A DNA stretch of 50,200 bases, from assembly GCA_033763905.1 (NCBI GenBank), contig JANRJP010000067.1:1-50200 (forward strand), read 5' to 3'. A program made the position numbers and the translations under genes. Below the pieces are notes generated by a model. The model worked only from the letters and a program-made list of their open reading frames with translations, did no database searches and was not told the DNA's origin. The stretch comes from Gemmatimonadaceae bacterium. GTDB lineage: Bacteria; Gemmatimonadota; Gemmatimonadetes; Gemmatimonadales; Gemmatimonadaceae. This document shows positions 20,495 through 32,063 of this stretch, one piece after another (position 1 is the stretch's first letter; the number at the start of each line of letters is the position of its first letter).

Positions 20495-21841
20495 GTGTTT
20501 GTTCCCGGATTGATTGCCCGCAAACGCGATGGTCACGAGCTGACCGCCGCAGAGTGGGCGTCGCTGATCCGGTCGGTCGGAGACGGGTCGCTGCCCGACT
20601 ACCAGTTGGCCGCGCTGCTGATGGCGGTCTACCTGCGGGGAATGAGCCCGGCCGAAACCGACGCGATGACCGACGCGATGCTCGCCAGCGGGGCGCGGCT
20701 GCGCTTCCCTGAGGGCAGCCCGCCGCGGATCGACAAGCACAGCACCGGCGGTGTGGGCGACAAGGTCTCGCTGGTGCTGGCGCCCATCGTCAGCGCGCTC
20801 GGCGTCTGGGTGCCGATGATGTCGGGCCGCGGGCTCGGGCATACCGGTGGCACCCTCGACAAGCTCGAGAGCATTCCGGGGTTCCGCACCGCGTTGTCGC
20901 TGGATGAGGCCGCGCGTCAGACCGCCACCATCGGCTGCGCACTGCTCGGGCAATCGGCCGAGATCGCCCCGGCCGACCGGCGGATGTACGCGATGCGCGA
21001 TGCCACCAGCACGGTGGAGTGCATCCCGCTGATCAGCGCCAGCATTATGAGCAAGAAGCTCGCCGAGGGGCTCACGGGGCTCGTGCTCGATGTGAAGACG
21101 GGCAGCGGTGCGTTTCTGCCGGAGCAGGAGCGCGGGCTGGCGCTCGCGCAGACGATGATTGGGCTTGGCGCTGCCCGCGGTTGCCCGACAGTCGCGCTGG
21201 TGACGGCGATGGATCGGCCACTGGGGCGGGCCTGCGGCAACGCGCTGGAGGTGGAGGAATCGGTGCACGCGCTGCACGGCGAGGGGCCGGCAGATCTGAT
21301 GACGGTCACCGAGGCGCTCGCCGTGGAAATGCTCTTGCTCGCTGGCCGCGTCCCGGACGCGGACGCGGGTCGCGAGGAAATCCACCGGGTGATTGCGAGC
21401 GGTGACGCGTCGCGCCAGTTCGAGCGCATCATCGAGCATCAGGGGGGGAATCCGGCCGTCGTTCGTGATCCGGCCCTGCTGCCCCAAGCCCGAGAAGTCG
21501 CCCTCTTCGCGTCTCCACGGGCGGGGGTCGTGGCGCGGGTGGAGCCGCGCGCGATCGGCGACGGGGTGATCGCCCTCGGTGGGGGCCGTTCCAAGGTCGA
21601 AGATCGCGTGGACCCGTCGGTCGGCTTCGTGGTGTCGGCCAGGCCCGGTGACCTGGTGGAGGCTCGGCAGCCGCTGGCCACGGTGTTCGCGCGGGACGAG
21701 GCCGGGCTGGCGGCAGGCCTGGCCGCCCTCGAGCGGGCAATCGTGGTTGCCGACGAGGCCCCGGCCGCCCTGCCGCTGGTAGGCTGGCGGGTGACCGAGC
21801 GAGGGGTGGAGCGACTTGGGAACGGCGACGGGCGCGATTAG
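20495..21841 (+). CDS. pdp: Thymidine/pyrimidine-nucleoside phosphorylase
   Basis: DKHSTGGVGDK, SGRGLGHTGGTLDKLESIPG, SIMSKKLAEG and DVKTGSGAF. Confidence 0.95.
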   Translation: MFVPGLIARKRDGHELTAAEWASLIRSVGDGSLPDYQLAALLMAVYLRGMSPAETDAMTDAMLASGARLRFPEGSPPRIDKHSTGGVGDKVSLVLAPIVSALGVWVPMMSGRGLGHTGGTLDKLESIPGFRTALSLDEAARQTATIGCALLGQSAEIAPADRRMYAMRDATSTVECIPLISASIMSKKLAEGLTGLVLDVKTGSGAFLPEQERGLALAQTMIGLGAARGCPTVALVTAMDRPLGRACGNALEVEESVHALHGEGPADLMTVTEALAVEMLLLAGRVPDADAGREEIHRVIASGDASRQFERIIEHQGGNPAVVRDPALLPQAREVALFASPRAGVVARVEPRAIGDGVIALGGGRSKVEDRVDPSVGFVVSARPGDLVEARQPLATVFARDEAGLAAGLAALERAIVVADEAPAALPLVGWRVTERGVERLGNGDGRD

Positions 21842-21923
21842 CATTCTCCCGATGCCGGTCCGACCGGCGCCGTCCAGTTCCGACCGCGGCCGTGCGTGGC
21901 CGCCCTCGCTCCAGGAGATCGCC

Positions 21924-22175
21924 GTGAAGCTCTCGTACCGTCAGCTCGCCCTCGTCTTCGTCGCCGTTGCCGCCGTGCTCACCGGCCTGTATGCGACGAT
22001 GTTCTACTTCGGGACGATCCTGCTCAACGATGCTGGCATCACGACCGGCGGCGTCGACGCGATCACCGGCGGGATGATCAAGATCGCCTGCGCGGTGCCA
22101 TTCGTCCTGCTGTCCTGGGCGGCGTTGGCGTTCCGCAAGCAGCTCGCGACGGGCGCCGATCTGGGTCTGGGCTGA
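21924..22175 (+). CDS. Small hypothetical membrane protein
   Basis: AGGAG RBS before the GTG and two hydrophobic helices. An alternative in-frame ATG lies at 21852. Confidence 0.7.
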   Translation: MKLSYRQLALVFVAVAAVLTGLYATMFYFGTILLNDAGITTGGVDAITGGMIKIACAVPFVLLSWAALAFRKQLATGADLGLG

Positions 22176-22224
22176 TCGCAGCGGCGGCAGGGCGGCGCCA
22201 TCCGGCTGCGCCCACGAACAACGC

Positions 22225-22265
22225 AAAGGGCCCTCGGTCGATGACCGAGGGCCCTTCGGTTTTTT
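22225..22265. terminator. Intrinsic terminator between convergent genes
   Basis: AAGGGCCCTCGGTC-GAT-GACCGAGGGCCCTT followed by a T-run, located between two converging stop codons. Confidence 0.85.
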
Positions 22266-22280
22266 CCGCGCGGCCCTGCC

Positions 22281-24356
<2,076 letters not shown>

Positions 24357-24375
24357 CTAACTGCTTGTCCAGCAA

Positions 24376-24699
24376 CTACTTGCGCGCAAGCACCCAGATC
24401 AGCTTCCGCACGCCCTCCGGCGGCGTTCCACCGGCACCCGACGACAACCGGCTCAAGAGCTCGCGCTCCATCATCGACAGTTCCTGCATCCAGCCGTGCG
24501 TCGACACTTCGACGACGAGTCCGCCGTCCGGCGTCACGCGGAGCGCCCGCGAGATCGCCGCGATTTGCGGACCCACGGCGTCGGCCCAGAGGTCCACGAC
24601 TGACGCCGCCTGTAGCCGCGCCCCCAACTGCGGGTTCGACGCGACGAAGGACGCGAGCGCATCGGACAAGCGCGTCGGACGCGCGGGAATCCGACTCAC
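24376..24699 (-). CDS. dciA: DciA/DUF721 family protein
   Basis: WADAVGPQIA and LVVEVSTHGWMQELS. Conserved position between recF and gyrB. Confidence 0.82.
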   Translation of the reverse strand: MSRIPARPTRLSDALASFVASNPQLGARLQAASVVDLWADAVGPQIAAISRALRVTPDGGLVVEVSTHGWMQELSMMERELLSRLSSGAGGTPPEGVRKLIWVLARK

Positions 24700-25841
24700 G
24701 ACGCCACCACCTGGCCGTCGCGAATGCGATACCGGCGAAGCGGCGACAAGGCGGCTGGCACATCGTCGGCCCGCGGGACCGCCAGCAGGGCCTGACCGAG
24801 ACCGCCCGCCGACAGCAGCGACAAAATGCGCGCCGTGCGCGTCGGATCGAGTTCGGCGAAGGGATCGTCGAGCAGCAACACCGGCGCGTAGCCGGTGGCG
24901 TCGCGCAGCGTCGCCGCCTCGAGCAGACGCAGCGCCATCGCCGCCGTCCGCTGCTGGCCCGCGCTGCCAACCACACGCAACTCGCGCGGCCCCAGCGTCA
25001 GCATCAGATCATCACGATGCGGTCCGGCGTGCGTAATGCCGCGACGCGCGTCGTGCCGGCGTTGCCGTTCGAGCGCCGCGGCGAGCGACGCCTCGTCGGT
25101 GGCGCCCTCCGGGGCCCCAGGCGTCCGGAGGTGCAACGCCGAGGCCTGTCGCTCACCGATCGCCTCGCAATGCGCGGCATACACCGGCGCTACCGCGTCG
25201 CTCCAGCGCCGGCGCGCCGCCCAGAGCGTGGCACCGTGCTGCGCAAGCACTGGCTCCCACACGGCCGCCGCATCGAGCGCCTCGGCCGCGTGTGCGCCAC
25301 CGACCGACGCCGTCCGAAGCGCCGCGTTGCGCTGACTCAGCGCGTGCCGGTACGCGCTCAACGCGTGCAGGTAGGGGCGCGAGGCGAGCCCCAACGCCAC
25401 ATCGAGGAACCGGCGCCGCTCCGAGGGGCCGCCCGAGGCCAGGCGCTGATCGTCCGGCGACAAGTACACGCTCGGCAGATGACCCGCCGCGTCGGCGAGC
25501 CGCGGCGTCTCGATGCCGTCGATCAGCACCTTCTTCTTCTTGCGTCGCACATCGTAGCCGACGGCGATCGTCGCCGCGCGGCCAAAGCGCCCGGTCGCCG
25601 CAACGTGCCAGCCTGGCGCATCGAAGCGCACGCCCTCGGCGTCGCGGCCGCCACGCACCGGTCGCAACAACTGCAGGAGGTAGATCGCCTCGAGCAGATT
25701 GGTTTTGCCGTGCCCGTTGTCGCCGACGAGGACCAGCCCATCCGCCGGCACCTCGAGCTGCACGCTCGCGAGGTTCCGGTAGTCGTGGACCGCGCAGGTC
25801 GCGAGCTGCGCCGGCGGCACCGACGACGACGGCTCCGGCAC
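24696..25841 (-). CDS. recF: DNA replication/repair protein RecF
   Basis: GDNGHGKTNLLEAI, ERRRFLD, QRNAAL, GPHRDD, SAGQQR and LLLDDPFAELD. Confidence 0.95.
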   Translation of the reverse strand: MPEPSSSVPPAQLATCAVHDYRNLASVQLEVPADGLVLVGDNGHGKTNLLEAIYLLQLLRPVRGGRDAEGVRFDAPGWHVAATGRFGRAATIAVGYDVRRKKKKVLIDGIETPRLADAAGHLPSVYLSPDDQRLASGGPSERRRFLDVALGLASRPYLHALSAYRHALSQRNAALRTASVGGAHAAEALDAAAVWEPVLAQHGATLWAARRRWSDAVAPVYAAHCEAIGERQASALHLRTPGAPEGATDEASLAAALERQRRHDARRGITHAGPHRDDLMLTLGPRELRVVGSAGQQRTAAMALRLLEAATLRDATGYAPVLLLDDPFAELDPTRTARILSLLSAGGLGQALLAVPRADDVPAALSPLRRYRIRDGQVVAS

Positions 25842-26621
25842 TCAGCGCCCGGTGAACGTCGGTGCGCGCTTCTCGAGAAACGCCCGCGTCCCTTCGACGG
25901 CATCGGCCGTCGCGAACATCGCGCCGAACTCCGCCGCCTCGAATGCCAGCGCCGCCTCGAGCGGCAGTGCCTCGCCCTGATCGACCAGCGCGAGACAGCC
26001 CGCCACAGCGAGCGGGCCGTTCGCCAGGATCTGCTGCAGCAGCGCGCGGGACACGTCGAGCAGTTCCGCGCCGGCCACCACCCGGTTGACCAGCCCAATC
26101 CGCAGCGCCTCCGCCGCGTCCACCGGCTGCGCCGTCAGGAGCATCTCCAGCGCCTTGGCGCGGCCGACCAGTCGCGGGAGCCGCTGCGTGCCACCGTAGC
26201 CGGGCAACAGGCCGAGCTTCGCCTCCGGCTGCCCGAGCTTCGCGCCCTCGGCGGCGATGCGCAGGTGGCAGGCCATCGCCAGCTCGCAGCCACCGCCGAA
26301 CGCGAAGCCGTTGATGGCAGCCACCACCGGCTTGGGGGACGATTCGAAGCGGCGGAACACCGCTTGGCCAGCGAGCGCGACGTCGCGTGCCGCCGCCGCA
26401 CTGAGCCCCGACAGTTCGCTGATGTCGGCGCCGGCGACGAAGGCGCGCCCCGCCCCCGTCAGCAGGATGCCGCCGATCGTGTCGTCGGCGCGGCACGCGT
26501 CGATCGCGAGGCCGAGCTCGCGGATGACGGTCGCATTGAGCGCGTTGAGCTTGTCGGGCCGGTTGACCGTGATCGTGGCGATCCGGTCGGCGCGTTCGAA
26601 CAGCAGGGTCTGATACGCCAT
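25842..26621 (-). CDS. Enoyl-CoA hydratase/crotonase
   Basis: NRPDKLNALN, AFVAGADI, GGGCELAMAC and GQPEAKLGLLPGYGGTQRL. Confidence 0.93.
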   Translation of the reverse strand: MAYQTLLFERADRIATITVNRPDKLNALNATVIRELGLAIDACRADDTIGGILLTGAGRAFVAGADISELSGLSAAAARDVALAGQAVFRRFESSPKPVVAAINGFAFGGGCELAMACHLRIAAEGAKLGQPEAKLGLLPGYGGTQRLPRLVGRAKALEMLLTAQPVDAAEALRIGLVNRVVAGAELLDVSRALLQQILANGPLAVAGCLALVDQGEALPLEAALAFEAAEFGAMFATADAVEGTRAFLEKRAPTFTGR

Positions 26622-26718
26622 CGTGTCGTGGGCTGGGGGCCCGAGAATGCTAACGCCTTGCTCACCCTTGCCGCGCCAGTTCCCCTGTCGCGAGGTTGGG
26701 GCGAGTTTGAGAGTACCC

Positions 26719-28974
26719 GTGCCCGATCGCGCCGCGCTTCCCCTCGACGATCCGGATCGTCTTGCTGCCGTCCGCTCGGTTGCCCCCGCGGCAACCGAAG
26801 CGGCCGCGCGTTTCGCACGACTGGTGCAGCGGGCGCGCATTTCCAGCGACGCCGATGCGGCCTGGCTGGTGCTGGCGGACGGCGACACGCAGCGGGTCCT
26901 TGCGGCCGACGGCGAAGCCCCGGCGCCGGCCGGGGCCCGCCTGCCCGCCGCCGACGCGCCCGCCAGCCGTGCGATGCGTCGCGGCGTCGTGAGCTTCGAC
27001 CGCGACGACGAAGCCCGCGCCGCCCTGCCGGTCACGGATCGCGACGGCTACTCGGTCGGTGCCCTCGTGGTCTCCCGCAGCGCACGGCGTCCGTGGCGAC
27101 CGGAAGAAGCCGCCGGTCTCGCCGGCCTCGCCGACTGGGCCGCGACGGAACTGGAGCTCGTGCGCGAGAACCGCGAACGCGCCGGCGCCGAAGCGATCTC
27201 CCGCGAGATGCTCGCCGCTGCGACCGATCTCGTCATCGACATCGGGAGCGATGGCGCGATCCTCAACGCCAATCCGGCGGCGCGGGCGGTGCTGGGCGAG
27301 CACGTCGTCTGGGTGGCACAGGCCGTGGCGGCCGATCACGCGACGCGATGGGCGGAAGCGTTCGTGCAGACGGCCGAGCGGCAGGCGGTCCAGGATCTCG
27401 AGCTGGTGCTCGTGCGGCCCGACGCCGGGCGCGTCCTGGTGCACGGCCGCCTGCGTCCGCGACCGGCCGACGCGCCTGCGGCGGCGGTGCGCGCCGTGCT
27501 GCGGGACGTCACCAGCGAACGGCAGTCACGGGATGAGCGCGAGCGCTTGCTCGCCACGTTGCAGGCGACGACCGACGTCGTCGCGGTGATGGACCTGCAC
27601 GCGCGTCTCACCTGGCTCAACGCCTCGGGGCGCAACCTGCTCGGCCTGTCGCCGTCGGCCGATGTTCGCGGACTGTCGTTGCAGGCCCTCTACGAGCCGT
27701 CCTCGTGGGCGAGCTTCGAGGCCGAGGGGCTGTCGCAGGCGATTCGTGAGGGTGTGTGGAGCGGAGAGACCACGCTGCGAGCGGCCGACGGTCGGGTCGT
27801 ACCGGCGTCGCAGGTGGTGATTGCCCACGTCTCCGCACGCGGCGGCGTCTGGTTCCTCAGCACGATTCTGCGCGACATCACCGACCAGAAGCGGGTCGAA
27901 GGCGATCTGCGCGAACGCGAAGCGCGATTCCGCCGATTGGCCGACGCGTCGCGCGATGGCGTGGTGGTCGCGGAGCGGGGCATCGTCGCCGAGGCCAATG
28001 CCGCCGCCGAACGACTGCTCGGCTACGGCGAGCAGGAACTCGTCGGCGTGGCCGTCGAATCGCTCTTCGCCACGAACGATCGCGCGCGGCTCGGCGACGC
28101 CTTGGCGCGCGGACTCGACGGCTCGCTGGAGGTGCAGGGCTGGAAGCGCGCCGGCGGGGAGGTTGATCTCGAAGTCACCTGCACCCCCATCACCGTCGAT
28201 GGCCGACTGGCCCAGGTGCTGGTGCTGCGCGATGTCAGCGGGATTCGCGAAGTCGATCGGCTCAAGCGGGACTTCGTGGCCACGGTCTCGCACGAGCTGC
28301 GTACGCCGTTGACCTCGGTACGCGGCGCGCTGGGGATCATCTCGCAGAAGCTCGGCACCGAGTCGAAGCCGGACGTGGATCGCCTGTTCAAGATCGCGAA
28401 CGAGAATCTCGATCGGCTGACGCGTCTGGTCGGGGACATTCTCGATCTCGAGAAGCTCGATGCGGGCGGCGTGCCGCTCAAGATCGCGCCGGTGCGCGTC
28501 GACGAGCTGGTCCAGACGGCGGTCGACGGTTTGCGGCCGATGGCCACGACGCTCGCGGTACCGCTGGTCAGCGAGGTGGCCCCCGGCCTCTCGGTGCAGG
28601 GCGATCGTGATCGGTTGGTCCAGGTCCTGATCAACTTCGTGTCGAACGCCTTGCGCTTCTCACCCGCCGGCCAGCCGGTGACGGTGCGCGCGTTCGCCTC
28701 CGGCGATGTCGTGCGCTTCGAGGTGCAGGATCAGGGGCCCGGCATCGCGCCGCGCGATGTGCCGCGCCTTTTCGGCCGCTTCGCGCAACTCGAGAACGTC
28801 GCGAAGGCGAGGGTGCAGGGTGGGAGCGGTCTCGGCCTGGCCATCTCGCGATCGATCGTCGAGCAGCATCGCGGGCGCATCGGCGTGGAATCGCACCCCG
28901 GCGAACGCACGATCTTCTGGTGCGAGATTCCCGCCATCGCGCGGCGGACGAGCGAAGGCGCGAGCGCCGAATGA
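26719..28974 (+). CDS. Cytoplasmic multi-sensor histidine kinase (GAF-like plus about 3 PAS domains; start approximate)
   Basis: PAS ends LRDVT, LRDIT and LRDVS. H-box TVSHELRTPLT, N-box INFVSNALRF, DQGPGI and GGSGLGLAI. Confidence 0.92.
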   Translation: MPDRAALPLDDPDRLAAVRSVAPAATEAAARFARLVQRARISSDADAAWLVLADGDTQRVLAADGEAPAPAGARLPAADAPASRAMRRGVVSFDRDDEARAALPVTDRDGYSVGALVVSRSARRPWRPEEAAGLAGLADWAATELELVRENRERAGAEAISREMLAAATDLVIDIGSDGAILNANPAARAVLGEHVVWVAQAVAADHATRWAEAFVQTAERQAVQDLELVLVRPDAGRVLVHGRLRPRPADAPAAAVRAVLRDVTSERQSRDERERLLATLQATTDVVAVMDLHARLTWLNASGRNLLGLSPSADVRGLSLQALYEPSSWASFEAEGLSQAIREGVWSGETTLRAADGRVVPASQVVIAHVSARGGVWFLSTILRDITDQKRVEGDLREREARFRRLADASRDGVVVAERGIVAEANAAAERLLGYGEQELVGVAVESLFATNDRARLGDALARGLDGSLEVQGWKRAGGEVDLEVTCTPITVDGRLAQVLVLRDVSGIREVDRLKRDFVATVSHELRTPLTSVRGALGIISQKLGTESKPDVDRLFKIANENLDRLTRLVGDILDLEKLDAGGVPLKIAPVRVDELVQTAVDGLRPMATTLAVPLVSEVAPGLSVQGDRDRLVQVLINFVSNALRFSPAGQPVTVRAFASGDVVRFEVQDQGPGIAPRDVPRLFGRFAQLENVAKARVQGGSGLGLAISRSIVEQHRGRIGVESHPGERTIFWCEIPAIARRTSEGASAE

Positions 28975-30041
28975 CGACCGCTGCCGCGTCGTCGGTCGTG
29001 CTCGACATCCCGGTGACCGTGGACTGGTCCGACGACGGGCGCGCGGTGCGGATCGTCGATCAGCGTGCGCTGCCGACGTCGGTGGTCTGGCGCGAATTGC
29101 GGACCCGCGCGGAGGCCGAAGACGCGATCGTCACGCTCGCGGTCCGAGGCGCGCCCGCGATCGGCGTGACGGCGGCCTTGATGCTGGCGCTCCTGGCCGA
29201 GCAGGCGACGGCGACCACGGCCGAGCGCGCCGAGGTGCTCGCGCGGCTCGACGCCGACGCGGCGGCCCTGCGCGCCACCCGACCGACGGCCGTGAACCTG
29301 CCGTGGGCGATCGACCGGATGCTGGCGTGCGCGCAGCGGCACGGCGAGTCGGCCACGGACCTTGCCGCCGCGCTCCGCGAGGAGGCCACGCGGATCCGGG
29401 ACGAAGATCGCGCGATGTGCGACGCCATCGGACGGCACGGCGCCGCGCTCTTCGCCGATGGCGATACCGTGCTCACCCACTGCAATGCCGGCGCGCTGGC
29501 GACGGCGGGCATCGGCACCGCACTCGCGCCGATCTATACCGCCGTGGCGCAGGGGCGCCGGCTCTCGGTGATCGCCGACGAGACGCGTCCGCTGTGGCAG
29601 GGCGCCCGGTTGACCGCGTGGGAACTCGCGCAGGCCGGCATTCCGGTGCGCGTGTGCACCGACGGAATGGCAGCCGCACTGATGGCCGCGGGGGCGGTGC
29701 AGCGAGTCATCGTCGGTGCCGATCGCATCTGCGCCAATGGCGATGTCGTCAACAAGATCGGCACCTACGCGGTGGCGATCGCCGCGCGATTTCACGGCAT
29801 TCCGTTCTACGTCGCCGCGCCGTGGAGTACGGTCGATCCGGCGACGCCGCGCGGCGACGCCGTGGTGATCGAAGCGCGACACCGCGACGAAGTCGTGCGA
29901 CCCGCCGGCCGCGTGATCGTGCCGGAGGGCGTCCCCGTCGAGAACCCGGCCTTCGATGTCACCCCCGCCGCGCTCGTGACCGCGATCATCACCGATCGCG
30001 GCGTCCACGCGGCTCCTTTCGACTTTTCCGCGAATGCGTAG
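28971..30041 (+). CDS. mtnA: S-methyl-5-thioribose-1-phosphate isomerase
   Basis: DQRALP, VRGAPAIG, RPTAVNL, LTHCNAGALAT, ETRPLWQGARLT, NKIGTY and NPAFDVTP. Confidence 0.95.
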   Translation: MTTAAASSVVLDIPVTVDWSDDGRAVRIVDQRALPTSVVWRELRTRAEAEDAIVTLAVRGAPAIGVTAALMLALLAEQATATTAERAEVLARLDADAAALRATRPTAVNLPWAIDRMLACAQRHGESATDLAAALREEATRIRDEDRAMCDAIGRHGAALFADGDTVLTHCNAGALATAGIGTALAPIYTAVAQGRRLSVIADETRPLWQGARLTAWELAQAGIPVRVCTDGMAAALMAAGAVQRVIVGADRICANGDVVNKIGTYAVAIAARFHGIPFYVAAPWSTVDPATPRGDAVVIEARHRDEVVRPAGRVIVPEGVPVENPAFDVTPAALVTAIITDRGVHAAPFDFSANA

Positions 30042-31524
30042 CGTACTCGCCATCGATCAGGGGACCACCGGCTCCACCTGCCTCGTCGTTGCCGAAGACG
30101 GCCGAATCCTCGGCCGCGGCTACCGCGAGATCCCGCAGCACTACCCGCAGCCGGGCTGGGTCGAGCACGAGCCGGAAGACCTGCTCGCCTCCGTGGTGGC
30201 GGCGGCGCGCGACGCGCTCGCGGCCGCGGGCACGACGCCCTCGTGCATCGGCGTGACGAACCAGCGCGAGACCATCGTCGTGTGGGATCGCGCAACGGGA
30301 CGCGCGGTGCATCGCGCCATCGTGTGGCAGGATCGCCGAACGAGCGAGCGCTGCGCGGCACTGGCCAGTGACGCCGAGCGGATCGCCCGTCGCACGGGGT
30401 TGGTGACTGACCCCTACTTCAGCGCGACGAAGCTCGAGTGGCTGCTCCGCGACCCCGACGTGCGTCGCCGCGCGGAGGCTGGCGAGTTGGCGGCGGGCAC
30501 GGTCGACAGCTGGCTGATCTGGCGACTGACCGGCGGCGCGTCACACGTGACCGACCATACCAATGCGTCGCGCACGATGCTGTACGACATCGATACGCAC
30601 GGATGGAGCACGGAACTCTGCACGCTCTTCGGTGTGCCGGCGACGATGCTTCCTGCGGTGCGCGCGTCGTCGGGGAACTTCGGCGTCACCACCGGCGAAG
30701 GGCTCGGTGTCGCGCTGCCGATCACCGGCGTCGCGGGCGATCAGCAGGCCGCGTTGTTCGGGCAAGGGTGCTTCCGCGCAGGTGAGGCGAAGAACACCTA
30801 TGGGACGGGCGCATTTTTGTTGCTCAACACCGGCACGGCGCGGCCGGCCGGCGGCGGCGGATTGCTCACCACCATCGCCTGCGACGCGGCAGGGCAGCCT
30901 GTGTATGCGCTCGAAGGCGCCATCTTCGTCGCCGGCGCTGCCGTGCAATGGCTCCGCGACGGCCTCGGCCTGATCGCGACGGCGGCGGAGACCGAGTCGA
31001 TCGCTGCGAGCGTCAGCGACACCGGTGGGGTGGTCTTCGTCCCTGCGCTCACCGGGCTCGGGGCTCCCGATTGGGAGCCCCGCGCGCGCGGCACCATCAC
31101 CGGACTCACGCGCGGCACCACCTCGGCACATCTGGTCCGCGCCGCGCTGGAGGCGATGTGCCACGGGACCGCGGACGTGCTCGACCTGATGCGAGCGCGG
31201 AGCGGCGTGGCATTCGATCGCCTGCGTGTCGACGGCGGCGCGTCGGCCAACAACTGGCTGATGCAACGGCAGGCGGATCTGCTCGGCGTGCCGGTCGAGC
31301 GCCCAGAGAATGTCGAAACCACCGCGCTCGGCGCGGCCGGCCTCGCGGGCATCGCGGGCGGTGTCTGGGCCGATGCGTCGGCGTTTGCGGCGGCGACGGC
31401 AATGACGCGCTTTACCCCCGCCGGGGCTGACGCGGAGATTCGCACGGCGCGGCAGGAGTGGCGGCGCTCGGTGCGCGCGACGGTTGCGTGGGCGCGCGAC
31501 GACGCGGTGGCACCGGCGCGATGA
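30034..31524 (+). CDS. glpK: Glycerol kinase
   Basis: AIDQGTTG, TNQRET, VWQDRRT, DPYFSATK, GDQQAALFGQ and KNTYGTGAF. Confidence 0.95.
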   Translation: MRSVLAIDQGTTGSTCLVVAEDGRILGRGYREIPQHYPQPGWVEHEPEDLLASVVAAARDALAAAGTTPSCIGVTNQRETIVVWDRATGRAVHRAIVWQDRRTSERCAALASDAERIARRTGLVTDPYFSATKLEWLLRDPDVRRRAEAGELAAGTVDSWLIWRLTGGASHVTDHTNASRTMLYDIDTHGWSTELCTLFGVPATMLPAVRASSGNFGVTTGEGLGVALPITGVAGDQQAALFGQGCFRAGEAKNTYGTGAFLLLNTGTARPAGGGGLLTTIACDAAGQPVYALEGAIFVAGAAVQWLRDGLGLIATAAETESIAASVSDTGGVVFVPALTGLGAPDWEPRARGTITGLTRGTTSAHLVRAALEAMCHGTADVLDLMRARSGVAFDRLRVDGGASANNWLMQRQADLLGVPVERPENVETTALGAAGLAGIAGGVWADASAFAAATAMTRFTPAGADAEIRTARQEWRRSVRATVAWARDDAVAPAR

Positions 31525-31558
31525 ATCGGCGAAGTTTCGGTATGCGCACTCCTGCACG

Positions 31559-32056
31559 ATGAACGCCGCGTTCGTGACCGTTGCCGCCGTGATGGCGGTG
31601 ATCACTCTGTGGTTCGTCCTCCGGCCGCTCACGCGACGCGCCCCGGTGACGACCCCCGTGCCTCCGGCGCCGCCGCGCGAAGCGGTCGAGGCCGAAACGC
31701 CATTCGCCGCGCTCGCCGAAATCGAGTTCGATCGCGCGACCGGCAAGTTGTCGGAGCGCGATTACGCGCTGCTGCGTGATCGCTACGTGCAACGTGCCGC
31801 GTCGGCGCTGGAACAGGACGGCGTGACGGTCCCGGTGCTCCCCGATGGCACCGTGGATGTCGCGGAACTGGCGATCCGCGACGCGCGTCGTCGCGCGCCG
31901 ATTTGCCCGTCCTGCGGTCCTCGTCCGGAGGACGACGCCGAGTTCTGTTCGTCCTGCGGGCGCTACGTGGCGGAAGCGTGCCCGAGCTGTCAGGCGCTGG
32001 TGGTCGAGCCCGGTGCGAGCTTCTGCAGTAGCTGCGGGCACGCGCTCCGCGTGTAG
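31559..32056 (+). CDS. Membrane-anchored double zinc-ribbon protein
   Basis: N-terminal TM helix, EIEFDRATGKLSERDY, and four CxxC knuckles (CPSC, CSSC, CPSC, CSSC). Confidence 0.8.
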   Translation: MNAAFVTVAAVMAVITLWFVLRPLTRRAPVTTPVPPAPPREAVEAETPFAALAEIEFDRATGKLSERDYALLRDRYVQRAASALEQDGVTVPVLPDGTVDVAELAIRDARRRAPICPSCGPRPEDDAEFCSSCGRYVAEACPSCQALVVEPGASFCSSCGHALRV

Positions 32057-32063
32057 TCGTTTC

